64,000 nt of DNA from a virus (taxonomy: Duplodnaviria; Caudoviricetes). Below are positions 10,823-19,415 of the stretch, one piece after another. The stretch lies in IMG/VR virus record IMGVR_UViG_3300001598_000037, positions 26,811 to 90,810 of that record; one strand, 5' to 3'. The notes beneath the pieces were generated by a model that saw only the letters and a program-made list of their open reading frames with translations, searched no databases and was not told the origin of the DNA. The position numbers were made by a program, and so were the translations under genes. Position 1 is the stretch's first letter; each line of letters begins with the position of its first letter.

Positions 10823-11296
10823 ATGGTTATTGAAACAAAAAAACTTAACTTTAATGATATAAAAGCTTGGTCAAACATTGATGGCTTTCCAGCTATTTCT
10901 TTCTTATCTGTATACGCTGCAGCTGGATTAATTGATGCTATCCAAAAATATGTAGATGAGAACCCTGGTACAGGAGTTGTAGCTGTACAACAAATATTCT
11001 GCAATTTCTATACCTTCCAAAAGATCCGTAATTTAATTAAAGATTCTTGGGAACGTTATAATATTAAACTATCAGGAGATAATAAAGTTGAATGGATCTC
11101 TGGCAAGAGTCATGATAGACTTAATTATGCTAGAACATTGAACAAGAAAATTACAGTAGCCATTACCTATGATGCTGCTAATTACGCTTGTGGAGTTGAT
11201 GATACTCTTGAAGATGATGTAATTATATTTACTGATGGAAAGGATGAAGAAATTCATGAAGACAGCGGAACAGAAGAAGAATTACAAGTTAATTAA
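10823..11296 (+). CDS. Hypothetical protein (157 aa)
   Basis: In operon with RBS; normal codon usage. Confidence 0.7.
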   Translation: MVIETKKLNFNDIKAWSNIDGFPAISFLSVYAAAGLIDAIQKYVDENPGTGVVAVQQIFCNFYTFQKIRNLIKDSWERYNIKLSGDNKVEWISGKSHDRLNYARTLNKKITVAITYDAANYACGVDDTLEDDVIIFTDGKDEEIHEDSGTEEELQVN

Positions 11297-11852
11297 AAAA
11301 TTTCCTTTTTTGGAAATTCAAGGATATTATCCAAAAAGATTACCATATAAAAAAAGATATGACTCTACTTGGCTGGACTATTTACCAGCTGGGTGGAGAG
11401 ATGTCTTCGGACTAGAATTCTGCGACAATCTTAAGTCTATATTAAAAAGGGGCCATTGTTTAAGAAAATTTCGTTTTTTAGATATTAAAGAAAAATATGG
11501 ATTATTAAGAGTAGAATATAGCGCAATTCCAAGTAAAATTGCAGACGAAGTATATGACTGGGAAAATTATTACGAAGATATGTCATCGATGGTTTGTCCT
11601 AATTGTGGACAATTCACAAGCTTTATGACTACTGGCTGGGTTTCTTATTTATGTTGGTCATGTGCAGAAAAAAAGACTGCTAAAATTCGACTAACATGGA
11701 AAGATATTCCTAGTAGAACTTTATATCGAAATGGAACCACAATCAAAAAACCAAGTCCATTAACAGATGCAATGCAAATAATTTGGCCTGAACAAAATGA
11801 GGATTGGCCTGAACAAAATGAGGAGGAGCAAACTAATTATGACACAAAATAA
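11256..11852 (+). CDS. Hypothetical protein with CxxC...CxxC
   Basis: IKEKYGLLR motif and CPNCG/CWSC; start chosen at the ATG at 11256 (track start 11235). Confidence 0.65.
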   Translation: MKTAEQKKNYKLIKKFPFLEIQGYYPKRLPYKKRYDSTWLDYLPAGWRDVFGLEFCDNLKSILKRGHCLRKFRFLDIKEKYGLLRVEYSAIPSKIADEVYDWENYYEDMSSMVCPNCGQFTSFMTTGWVSYLCWSCAEKKTAKIRLTWKDIPSRTLYRNGTTIKKPSPLTDAMQIIWPEQNEDWPEQNEEEQTNYDTK

Positions 11853-12459
11853 AAAGAAACCTCTAGGATATTTGGGTGGAGATATTATGACAAAAGGATC
11901 TAATTTAGCTCGTCAGCAAGAATATGATACATTTATTAAATTAGATCTAGACGTAGATGTTTATTCGCCTATTATGAATAAATCAATTAATGATAAAGCG
12001 TCCATGACAGAGGAAGAAAACAATCACTTAGCGGAAAAAATTACTGATGCCGATATCGAAAGATTATGGAACAGTGAATTTGTAGTTATGTGTCCAGAAC
12101 AATCAGCCATTGGTTCTATGTGTGAAACAGGAACTTTATATGGTTGGAAATATATGGCAAAAAAATTATGTAATATTATTTATAGCGGATTAATTGCCAA
12201 AAAAGATCATACGGCTATTTTAGGAGAGTTGATTGACGAAATAGAGCGTATTGAAGAAAAAGATATTCATTATCATTATTTTGATATTAGAACAAATCAT
12301 CTAAATGAAAAGGATTGGCGAAGAAGTTTTAGTATAAATCAACTTTTATACGGTATGATTCTATATTCTTCATCAGCAGGTGATTTTGAGGAATTTGATC
12401 AAATAATGAAACATTTAAATAAAAAGTATGGAAAGAAGGAGGAAGAAACACATGAATAA
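11839..12459 (+). CDS. Nucleoside 2-deoxyribosyltransferase / dNMP N-glycosidase family protein
   Basis: YLGGD, VYSP, INDK, DADIERL, GSMCETG (nucleophile Glu position); RBS GGAGGAG. Confidence 0.7.
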   Translation: MTQNKKKPLGYLGGDIMTKGSNLARQQEYDTFIKLDLDVDVYSPIMNKSINDKASMTEEENNHLAEKITDADIERLWNSEFVVMCPEQSAIGSMCETGTLYGWKYMAKKLCNIIYSGLIAKKDHTAILGELIDEIERIEEKDIHYHYFDIRTNHLNEKDWRRSFSINQLLYGMILYSSSAGDFEEFDQIMKHLNKKYGKKEEETHE

Positions 12460-12658
12460 AACATTAGATATTATTCTTAATATTTTATTACCAATTGCCA
12501 CAGTATTCTGTTTTGTTGGTTTAATTCTAGATTCATTTGGAATTTTCCCAATGTGGATGGGTATTGTTTGTGCAGTATTATTATTTGCAACTATGGTTGT
12601 GTTAGCAATTAAACAAGTAGTTACATATAAGGCAAAGAAAGACACAAAAAGTAAGTAA
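12452..12658 (+). CDS. Small two-TM membrane protein
   Basis: Two hydrophobic stretches and basic tail; RBS GGAGG. Confidence 0.65.
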   Translation: MNKTLDIILNILLPIATVFCFVGLILDSFGIFPMWMGIVCAVLLFATMVVLAIKQVVTYKAKKDTKSK

Positions 12659-12673
12659 TAGGGGGATCGGTCA

Positions 12674-13942
12674 ATGAGTAAACTTAATTATGGCATTAAC
12701 GATAAACCTAAAAAATGGTATGAGTGGGTAGTGTTCAGTTTACAGCAATTATTGTCTGTATTTGTCGCTACCGTACTTATTGCCAATATTTGTGGAACCC
12801 CAGTAAGTTCCTGTTTGCTAGGAGCATGTTTAGGAACTTTAATATATCAAATTATTACAAAATTTAAGTCACCAATGTTTATTTCCAGCTGTGGTGCAAC
12901 AGTCTCAGCTGTATGTGGAGCCTTGAGCTTAAATGCAGCTGGAAACAATTACTTAATGGTCTTCTGTGGTGGGCTGATTATTCTAGCTATTTATGGATTA
13001 TTTGCATTAATTACCCACTTTACAGGAACTAATTGGATCAACAAGATTTTTCCGCCAATTGTAATTGGGCCAGTAACTATGGTTATTGGATTAAACTTGG
13101 CAACCTTTATTTTTAGTTATGTCGGAGGAACTGATAATTATGTTCCTTGGTTACAGGTGCTTGTGGCAATCATTACAATGATGATCGTAGCGATAACCTC
13201 ACATTATGGTCACAAATTTTTAAAACAAATACCATTCTTAATTGGATTAACTGGTGGATATCTAGTTGCATTATGTTTTGGTTTAGTTGACTTTTCTGCG
13301 TTTAGTCAAATGCAGTGGTACCCTGATTTAACTTTCTTAAAATGGTCTGCGAGCGATTTTTCATGGATTAATTTAGGAAAGACTGTATTATATTTTGTTC
13401 CTGTCGGGATTTGTGCTTTGTTAGAACATATTTCTGATCATAAAACATTATCTAATATAATTGGGACAGATCTAATCACAGAGCCAGGGCTTGATAGAAC
13501 TTTATTGGGCGACGGCGTAGCAAGTGCGGTCGGCACGGCTGTCTGCGGACTACCTAATACATCTTATGGAGAAAGTATTGCAACGACAGGTTTTAGCAGA
13601 GTAGCTTCGACATATATTATAACCGTAGCTGCTTGTGTATTAGGTTTAATGAGTTTCTGCGGACCAATTACTGCGTTTATTCAAACTATTCCATCATGTG
13701 TATTTGGTGGATGTGCAATGATTCTTTATGGATACATCAGCTTGTCTGGTTTAAACACTTTAAAGAATAGCGGATTAGACTTAACACATAATAAAAATAT
13801 GATTATTATTTCAGTTATTTTAACAACTGGAGTATCTGGTATTTATTTATTTGATGCAGCATTTAGCGGTGTTGCGTTAGCAATGATTTTAGGAGTTATT
13901 TTAAATATAGCTCTTAAAGATAAAAAATCAAAGGAGAATTGA
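12674..13942 (+). CDS. uraA: Nucleobase:cation symporter-2 (uracil/xanthine permease)
   Basis: LQQL, FPPIVIGPVTMVIGL, EHISD, GDG, PNTSYGESIA signature, P..VFGG, N...N.II. Confidence 0.9.
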   Translation: MSKLNYGINDKPKKWYEWVVFSLQQLLSVFVATVLIANICGTPVSSCLLGACLGTLIYQIITKFKSPMFISSCGATVSAVCGALSLNAAGNNYLMVFCGGLIILAIYGLFALITHFTGTNWINKIFPPIVIGPVTMVIGLNLATFIFSYVGGTDNYVPWLQVLVAIITMMIVAITSHYGHKFLKQIPFLIGLTGGYLVALCFGLVDFSAFSQMQWYPDLTFLKWSASDFSWINLGKTVLYFVPVGICALLEHISDHKTLSNIIGTDLITEPGLDRTLLGDGVASAVGTAVCGLPNTSYGESIATTGFSRVASTYIITVAACVLGLMSFCGPITAFIQTIPSCVFGGCAMILYGYISLSGLNTLKNSGLDLTHNKNMIIISVILTTGVSGIYLFDAAFSGVALAMILGVILNIALKDKKSKEN

Positions 13943-13943
13943 A

Positions 13944-14792
13944 ATGGAAATATTACAGAGTAGTATTTCTATAACTACAAAATTATTAGATTTAGGACTT
14001 GTGATAAATAATGAATATTTAATAAAATATAGTGATTTGATGGAAAATAATTTACAAACAAAAGCGGAAAAATTTAAGACTCAAAAACATCATATAATCC
14101 CTAAATATTATTATAAAGATAAAAAAATTTCAATTGACAATAGTGTAAATAATTTAATAAATTTATCTTATAAAGATCATATTTTGGCACATTACTATTT
14201 GGCGTTGTGTTCTATCGAGCGATTTAAATATGCAAATGAAATGGCAATTAAATTTATGGTTGACACAGATATATGTGATACCTCATTTTTATATAATTTA
14301 GATCATTTTCAAGAATTATATACAGATTCTAAAATAAAATTTTCTAAAATGGCATCATGTTTTAATACAGGTAAAATACGTTCCCAAAGCGTAAAAGAAA
14401 AATGCCGTCAGAGAAAATTGGGAATAAAATTGTCTGACGAGACCAAATTAAAAATGAGTGATACTCAAACACAACGTTGGAAATATATGTCATTAGAAAA
14501 CAAAATGAATTTTAATAACAAATTGAAGGGTTTAAACAAAGGTAAAATACATAGTCTTGAGCAAAACTTACAACATAGCAAGATGATGCAAGGCAGAATT
14601 GAGACAACAAGTCATAAGCAAAAAATAAAAACCACTATGGAAACATATTGGGCTGCTCATCAAAATCAAATATATATTTTTAAAGATAATATAATGAAAA
14701 GAATATCTGAATCTGATTTAGATAAGTATACAAAGGAGGGCTGGAATCGTGGAAGAAAAAAAAGAAACTGTAAATCATCCGTTTCACTATAA
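13944..14792 (+). mobile_element. Free-standing HNH homing endonuclease with NUMOD3 repeats
   Basis: KHHIIP...NNLINL...DHILAH; repeated GK..S.E.K.KMS-type motifs; C-terminal EGWNRGRK. Confidence 0.8.
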
Positions 14793-14979
14793 CGTTGGTG
14801 GTATAGAAGTCATTGATGCAATTGAAGCATGGCAACTAGGATTTTGTTTAGGTAATGCAGTTAAATATATAGCTAGAGCTGGACATAAAGATGCTGACAA
14901 AACAGTTGAAGATCTTAATAAAGCAATTTGGTATATTAATAGATATATTGAAGAAATTCAACGTGATAAAAAGAAATAA
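14749..14979 (+). CDS. DUF3310 protein (T7 gp1.7-like nucleotide kinase family)
   Basis: VNHPFHYN.GGIEVID...FCLGNAVKYIARAGHK....EDLNKAIWY. Confidence 0.85.
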   Translation: MEEKKETVNHPFHYNVGGIEVIDAIEAWQLGFCLGNAVKYIARAGHKDADKTVEDLNKAIWYINRYIEEIQRDKKK

Positions 14980-14993
14980 AAAATTAATTATAT

Positions 14994-15033
14994 AAAGATT
15001 CTGCTTGACAGGCAGATTCTTTTTTGCTAAAAT
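14994..15033 (+). promoter_or_regulatory. Fused terminator/promoter for dnaE
   Basis: Hairpin AAAGATTCTGC-TTGACAG-GCAGATTCTTT plus T-run; TTGACA (15005)-17-TAAAAT (15028) with extended -10 TG. Confidence 0.8.
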
Positions 15034-15068
15034 TATTATGAAATATAAAATGGAAAGGAGATTATTGT

Positions 15069-18000
15069 ATGTACGTATCACTTCATAATCACACAACGGC
15101 TAGTAATATTAAATTTTTAGATTGTATAAATAGACCAAAGGACATGGTAAAGAAAGCAATTAGTTTGGGCTTCAAAGGAATTGCTGTAACAGACCATGAA
15201 TCTTTGTCGTCTCATGTTGATTTTCTTAAGATCAAGGATTCAATAAAAGACTGTAATCCTGATTTTAAGATTATTTTTGGTAATGAGATATATTTAATTG
15301 ATGATGGTCAATATAAAAATACAAATGATTTCTACCATTTTATTTTATTAGCAAAAGATAGGGTTGGATATAATCAAATTCGTGAATTATCATCACGAGC
15401 ATGGGCACGAAGCTATGTCTATAAAGGTATTCGTCGAACACCTACTTTTTATACAGATATTGAAGAAATTCTTGGCAAAGATCCTGGGCATATTGTGGCA
15501 TCCACTGCATGTTTGGGCGGCGAATTAGCAAAAGCTATATTATCAAAAGATGCAGATAAATTAAATAAATTTATTACTTGGTGCATTAAAGTCTTTGGTC
15601 GTGATTCATTCTTCTTAGAAATGCAAGTATCTGACTCTGAAGAACAAGTTAAATGTAACAAATATATCATTAAAGTTTCAGAACACTTTGGACTTAAATA
15701 TATTGTTACAACTGACTCGCACTATTTAGACAAGGAAGATTTTAAGTTATTTACATCTTTCTTAAATAGTAAAAGTAGCAGCGATCGTGAAACTGAATAT
15801 TTCTATAAATATACTTATATGATGTCTGAACAAGAAATGTCAGACATTCTAGCTACTACGGGAATTACATATGAACAAACCGCAGCAGCGATTAATAATA
15901 CTTATCTTATTTATAATATGATTGAAGATTTTGATTTTAGACATGGGACTATTGTTCCTACTATTAAAATTCCTGAATTTCAATCATTAGGTGTTTTAAA
16001 ACCTTATTATGAAAAATATCCTATTATTAAATATATGGATGAAAGCGAATACGATCAAGATCGTTATATGATGTATTTAATTGAAAAAGGATTAGTAGAT
16101 AAACATATTATTATTAATGATAAAATTGCCGCTAGAATCACGGAAGAGATTGATGTAGTCAAATATATCAGTGAGCAATTAAATCAACGAATTAGCGCCT
16201 ATTTAAACCTTGTAAAAGTTATTGTAGATATCTGTTGGACTATTAGTCCTGTGGGTGTATCTAGAGGATCAGCTGGATGTTTCTATATTAATTATCTTAT
16301 GGATATTGTTCAAATGAATCCACTAGATTATGATTTACCTTCTTTTAGATTCTTAAATAAAGCTAGAGCCGATGCTCTACCTGATGTAGATATCGATATT
16401 GATCCAAATAAAAATGATGCTGTTGTTGCAGCCTTAAAAGAATATTTTGGTCATGATAATGTAATTAATTGCGCTACTTTTAAAACTGAAAAACTTAAAT
16501 CAGCAGTGCTTAATTCAGCAAGAGCATTAGGATATAATAACGATGAAGCGCAAGCTATTGCAGCACTTGTTCCACAACAACGTGGAATCATGTATAGTCT
16601 TAAAGATTGTTTAGAAGGCGATGAAGAAAAAGGATTGGTTCCTGTTCCAGCATTTATTGATAAACTTAAATCTTATGAGGGATTATATGAGATGGTGGAA
16701 AAAGTGGAAGGTCTTCCTACCAACGCTTCTATACATGCGAGTGCATTATATATCTTTAATAATGGATATGATGCTCAAAACTCTCTTATGAAAGCTCCGA
16801 ATGGTACTAACATTACTGCATTAAATATGCACGATAGTGATGATTGTGGAGCCTTAAAAATGGACTTATTAAAAACCGACGCTGAAACCAAAATAGGTAA
16901 AGCTATGGATTTATTGTTAAGAGATAATTTAATTGAATGGAAAGGTAGTTTAAGAGATACTTATAATTATTATTTACACCCAGATAAATTAGATTATAAT
17001 AATGTCACTATGTGGGAATTAGCAGCTGATGGAAAAATTCCAAATTTATTCCAAATGGAAACATCTGTTGGCCAATCCGCTATTAAAAAAATGAGACCAA
17101 AAACAGCTGAAGAATTAGCAACAGTTAATGGTTTAATTCGTTTAACAGGCGGTGAAGGAGAATCTCCTGTCGATCGTTATACAAGATTTAAACAAGACAT
17201 TAATTTATGGTATAAAGAAATGAAAGAATATGGTCTAACTGATCATGAGCAAGAACTATTACGTAAACATTTAGATTTTACATATGGTCTATGTTATAAT
17301 CAAGAAGCCTTTATGTTAATTTTAATGGATCCTGAAATTGGTGGATTTACTCTAAAAGATGCTGATAAAGGACGTAAGATCTTAGCGAAGAAAAAGGTTG
17401 ATGATATTGCCGCTTTCAAAGAAAAATTCTTAACCAATACAGCTTCTACTCACGAAGAGTTTAAACAATATGTGTGGGACAAAATGATTGCGCCTCAAAT
17501 GCAATATTCATTTAATAGAGGACACGGTGTTGGATACAGTCTTATTGGACTTCAAGAAATGAATTTAGCAACACGTTGGAATCCATTATATTGGGCTTGT
17601 GCTTGTCTATGTGTTAATAGTGGAAACTCAGATACCAACTTTGAAGATAGTGATGAAGACTATGATGAAAGTACTTCTGTAGAAGTAGTTGAAGAGGCAT
17701 CTGATGATAAAAAAGAAAAATCATCTGCGCCAAACTATATTAAAATTGGCAAGGCATTATGTGATGCTCAACATGAAGGAATTAAAATCGGTTTACCAGA
17801 TATAAATAAATCGGAAAGTGATTTTTTACCAGATGTATCGAGTAATTCAATTCTTTATAGTCTTAAAGCAATTACAAATGTTAATGATGATCTTTATGAA
17901 CGAATTGTTGCAAACAGACCTTATTATAAAGTTTCGGAATTTATTGAAAAGGTACAGCCTACTACAGCGCAAATGGTAAGTTTAATTAAGTCTGGAGCAT

Positions 18001-18935
18001 TTGATAATTTAATGCAAAAGCCAAGAAATTATATCTTAAGATCTTACTTTGTGTATTGTGCTAAACAATCAATTCAAAAGAAAGAAAAAATGACGGCGAC
18101 ACAATTAAAACAAGCCATTGAATTAGGTATGGATTTGGAAAAATATCAAAAGAATTTAAGAGTATATAAATTCCAAAAATATATTGAAAAAAATCAACAC
18201 GATGTAGCCAATAAGAGATATTTATTAAACGAGGAAGATTGTGTTAAATTCTTTAAGGTTATTATTTTACCTAATCTAAAAACTGATGATTATAATGTTC
18301 TTCCTGGCGGAGATATTGCAGTTAAATGTACAGTATTAAATAAAATTATTTCAACATTAACTGCTCCTATTATGGAATATCTATCATCTCCAGAGGGAAT
18401 TGATGCATTTTACAACGCTCAAATTGAAAATTATGTTAAAGGTATGGAAGAAAAATACTCTATTGGTAATCAATCAGCTTGGGAATTCCAAACAATGTCA
18501 TTTTATCATGGACCTCACGAATTAGAGGGTGTTAAATTATTAACTGATCCTATTTTACATTTTCATAATTTACCAGACAATTCTGATAAATGTTGTTATA
18601 TTGCAGGTACTGTCATTGGTGCTGAAAATGGGAAACATTTAGTTTATTTAAATACCACATCTGGAGTGGTCGCAGCTAAGTTTTATGCAAGTAACTACAT
18701 ATTATATAATAAGAAAATTAGTGTAGTTGATCCTGATACAAAGAAGAAAACTGTATTAGATGACTCTTGGTTTAAAAAAGGTAATAAAGTTGTTATTTAT
18801 GGTCAACGTAAAGAAAATATTTTTGCGACTAAAACCGATCGTAGTAGTGGCTATAATAGAACAGTAGGTTTAATTAAAGCCGTAGGATCAAATGGCGTTA
18901 TGGATATTGCTTGGACAAGACAAAAACAAAAATAA
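15069..18935 (+). CDS. dnaE: DNA polymerase III alpha subunit
   Basis: PHP domain (LHNHT, TDHE, TACLGGE, TDSHY), GVSRGSAG, PDVDIDID, KMDLL, YSFNRGH; 1288 aa. Confidence 0.97.
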   Translation: MYVSLHNHTTASNIKFLDCINRPKDMVKKAISLGFKGIAVTDHESLSSHVDFLKIKDSIKDCNPDFKIIFGNEIYLIDDGQYKNTNDFYHFILLAKDRVGYNQIRELSSRAWARSYVYKGIRRTPTFYTDIEEILGKDPGHIVASTACLGGELAKAILSKDADKLNKFITWCIKVFGRDSFFLEMQVSDSEEQVKCNKYIIKVSEHFGLKYIVTTDSHYLDKEDFKLFTSFLNSKSSSDRETEYFYKYTYMMSEQEMSDILATTGITYEQTAAAINNTYLIYNMIEDFDFRHGTIVPTIKIPEFQSLGVLKPYYEKYPIIKYMDESEYDQDRYMMYLIEKGLVDKHIIINDKIAARITEEIDVVKYISEQLNQRISAYLNLVKVIVDICWTISPVGVSRGSAGCFYINYLMDIVQMNPLDYDLPSFRFLNKARADALPDVDIDIDPNKNDAVVAALKEYFGHDNVINCATFKTEKLKSAVLNSARALGYNNDEAQAIAALVPQQRGIMYSLKDCLEGDEEKGLVPVPAFIDKLKSYEGLYEMVEKVEGLPTNASIHASALYIFNNGYDAQNSLMKAPNGTNITALNMHDSDDCGALKMDLLKTDAETKIGKAMDLLLRDNLIEWKGSLRDTYNYYLHPDKLDYNNVTMWELAADGKIPNLFQMETSVGQSAIKKMRPKTAEELATVNGLIRLTGGEGESPVDRYTRFKQDINLWYKEMKEYGLTDHEQELLRKHLDFTYGLCYNQEAFMLILMDPEIGGFTLKDADKGRKILAKKKVDDIAAFKEKFLTNTASTHEEFKQYVWDKMIAPQMQYSFNRGHGVGYSLIGLQEMNLATRWNPLYWACACLCVNSGNSDTNFEDSDEDYDESTSVEVVEEASDDKKEKSSAPNYIKIGKALCDAQHEGIKIGLPDINKSESDFLPDVSSNSILYSLKAITNVNDDLYERIVANRPYYKVSEFIEKVQPTTAQMVSLIKSGAFDNLMQKPRNYILRSYFVYCAKQSIQKKEKMTATQLKQAIELGMDLEKYQKNLRVYKFQKYIEKNQHDVANKRYLLNEEDCVKFFKVIILPNLKTDDYNVLPGGDIAVKCTVLNKIISTLTAPIMEYLSSPEGIDAFYNAQIENYVKGMEEKYSIGNQSAWEFQTMSFYHGPHELEGVKLLTDPILHFHNLPDNSDKCCYIAGTVIGAENGKHLVYLNTTSGVVAAKFYASNYILYNKKISVVDPDTKKKTVLDDSWFKKGNKVVIYGQRKENIFATKTDRSSGYNRTVGLIKAVGSNGVMDIAWTRQKQK

Positions 18936-19003
18936 AAATCAGTTAAAAAAAGTGAAATCATTTTAAAACAGCCAATACGGCCAAAGGGGGATACGACTTA
19001 ATT

Positions 19004-19261
19004 ATGAATTCAGTTAAAGATTTAGTAGTTTACGAAGTAGTGGTTACGACAGTTACAGAAGCCTATGTTCCAGATACAGAGGATATAGAAGGATTTAGTA
19101 ATTTTGATGGGTATTTTGAAACATATTATTCAGATGTTAGTCATGGATTCTTTATCAGTCCCGAACTAGCTCAAAATTATATTGATACATATTTAAATCC
19201 ACCAAAACTTAATGATAATGATGAAGTAGCCATTGTTCCACACAAAGTGGTAACAAAATAA
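19004..19261 (+). CDS. Hypothetical protein (85 aa)
   Basis: ORF with RBS-like GGGGG; acidic. Confidence 0.6.
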   Translation: MNSVKDLVVYEVVVTTVTEAYVPDTEDIEGFSNFDGYFETYYSDVSHGFFISPELAQNYIDTYLNPPKLNDNDEVAIVPHKVVTK

Positions 19262-19282
19262 AAAAAAATATAAAGAAAACAG

Positions 19283-19311
19283 TTGACTTATATATTGTTA
19301 TGATATATAAT
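19283..19311 (+). promoter_or_regulatory. Sigma-A promoter
   Basis: TTGACT-17-TATAAT with TG extension nearby. Confidence 0.85.
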
Positions 19312-19317
19312 TGAAAA

Positions 19318-19389
19318 TGAGGAGAGGGCAAAGATCGACTGTGCACGGTCTGAAACGGGAATGAACCCCCTAAGATCCTCCTCTCCTCA
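19318..19389 (+). ncRNA. 72-nt structured leader RNA upstream of recD2
   Basis: Perfect 10-bp closing stem TGAGGAGAGG/CCTCTCCTCA enclosing GATC/GATC, GACTG-TGCA-CGGTC and GGG-AATGAA-CCC; starts at the predicted TSS. Confidence 0.6.
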
Positions 19390-19415
19390 AAACTTTTATG
19401 AAAGGATTTATACTA

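Noticed and set aside
19333-19377. Hammerhead ribozyme in the recD2 leader
   Set aside because: The three-way topology is similar, but the core reads CUGAAAC...CCUAA instead of CUGANGA...GAAA
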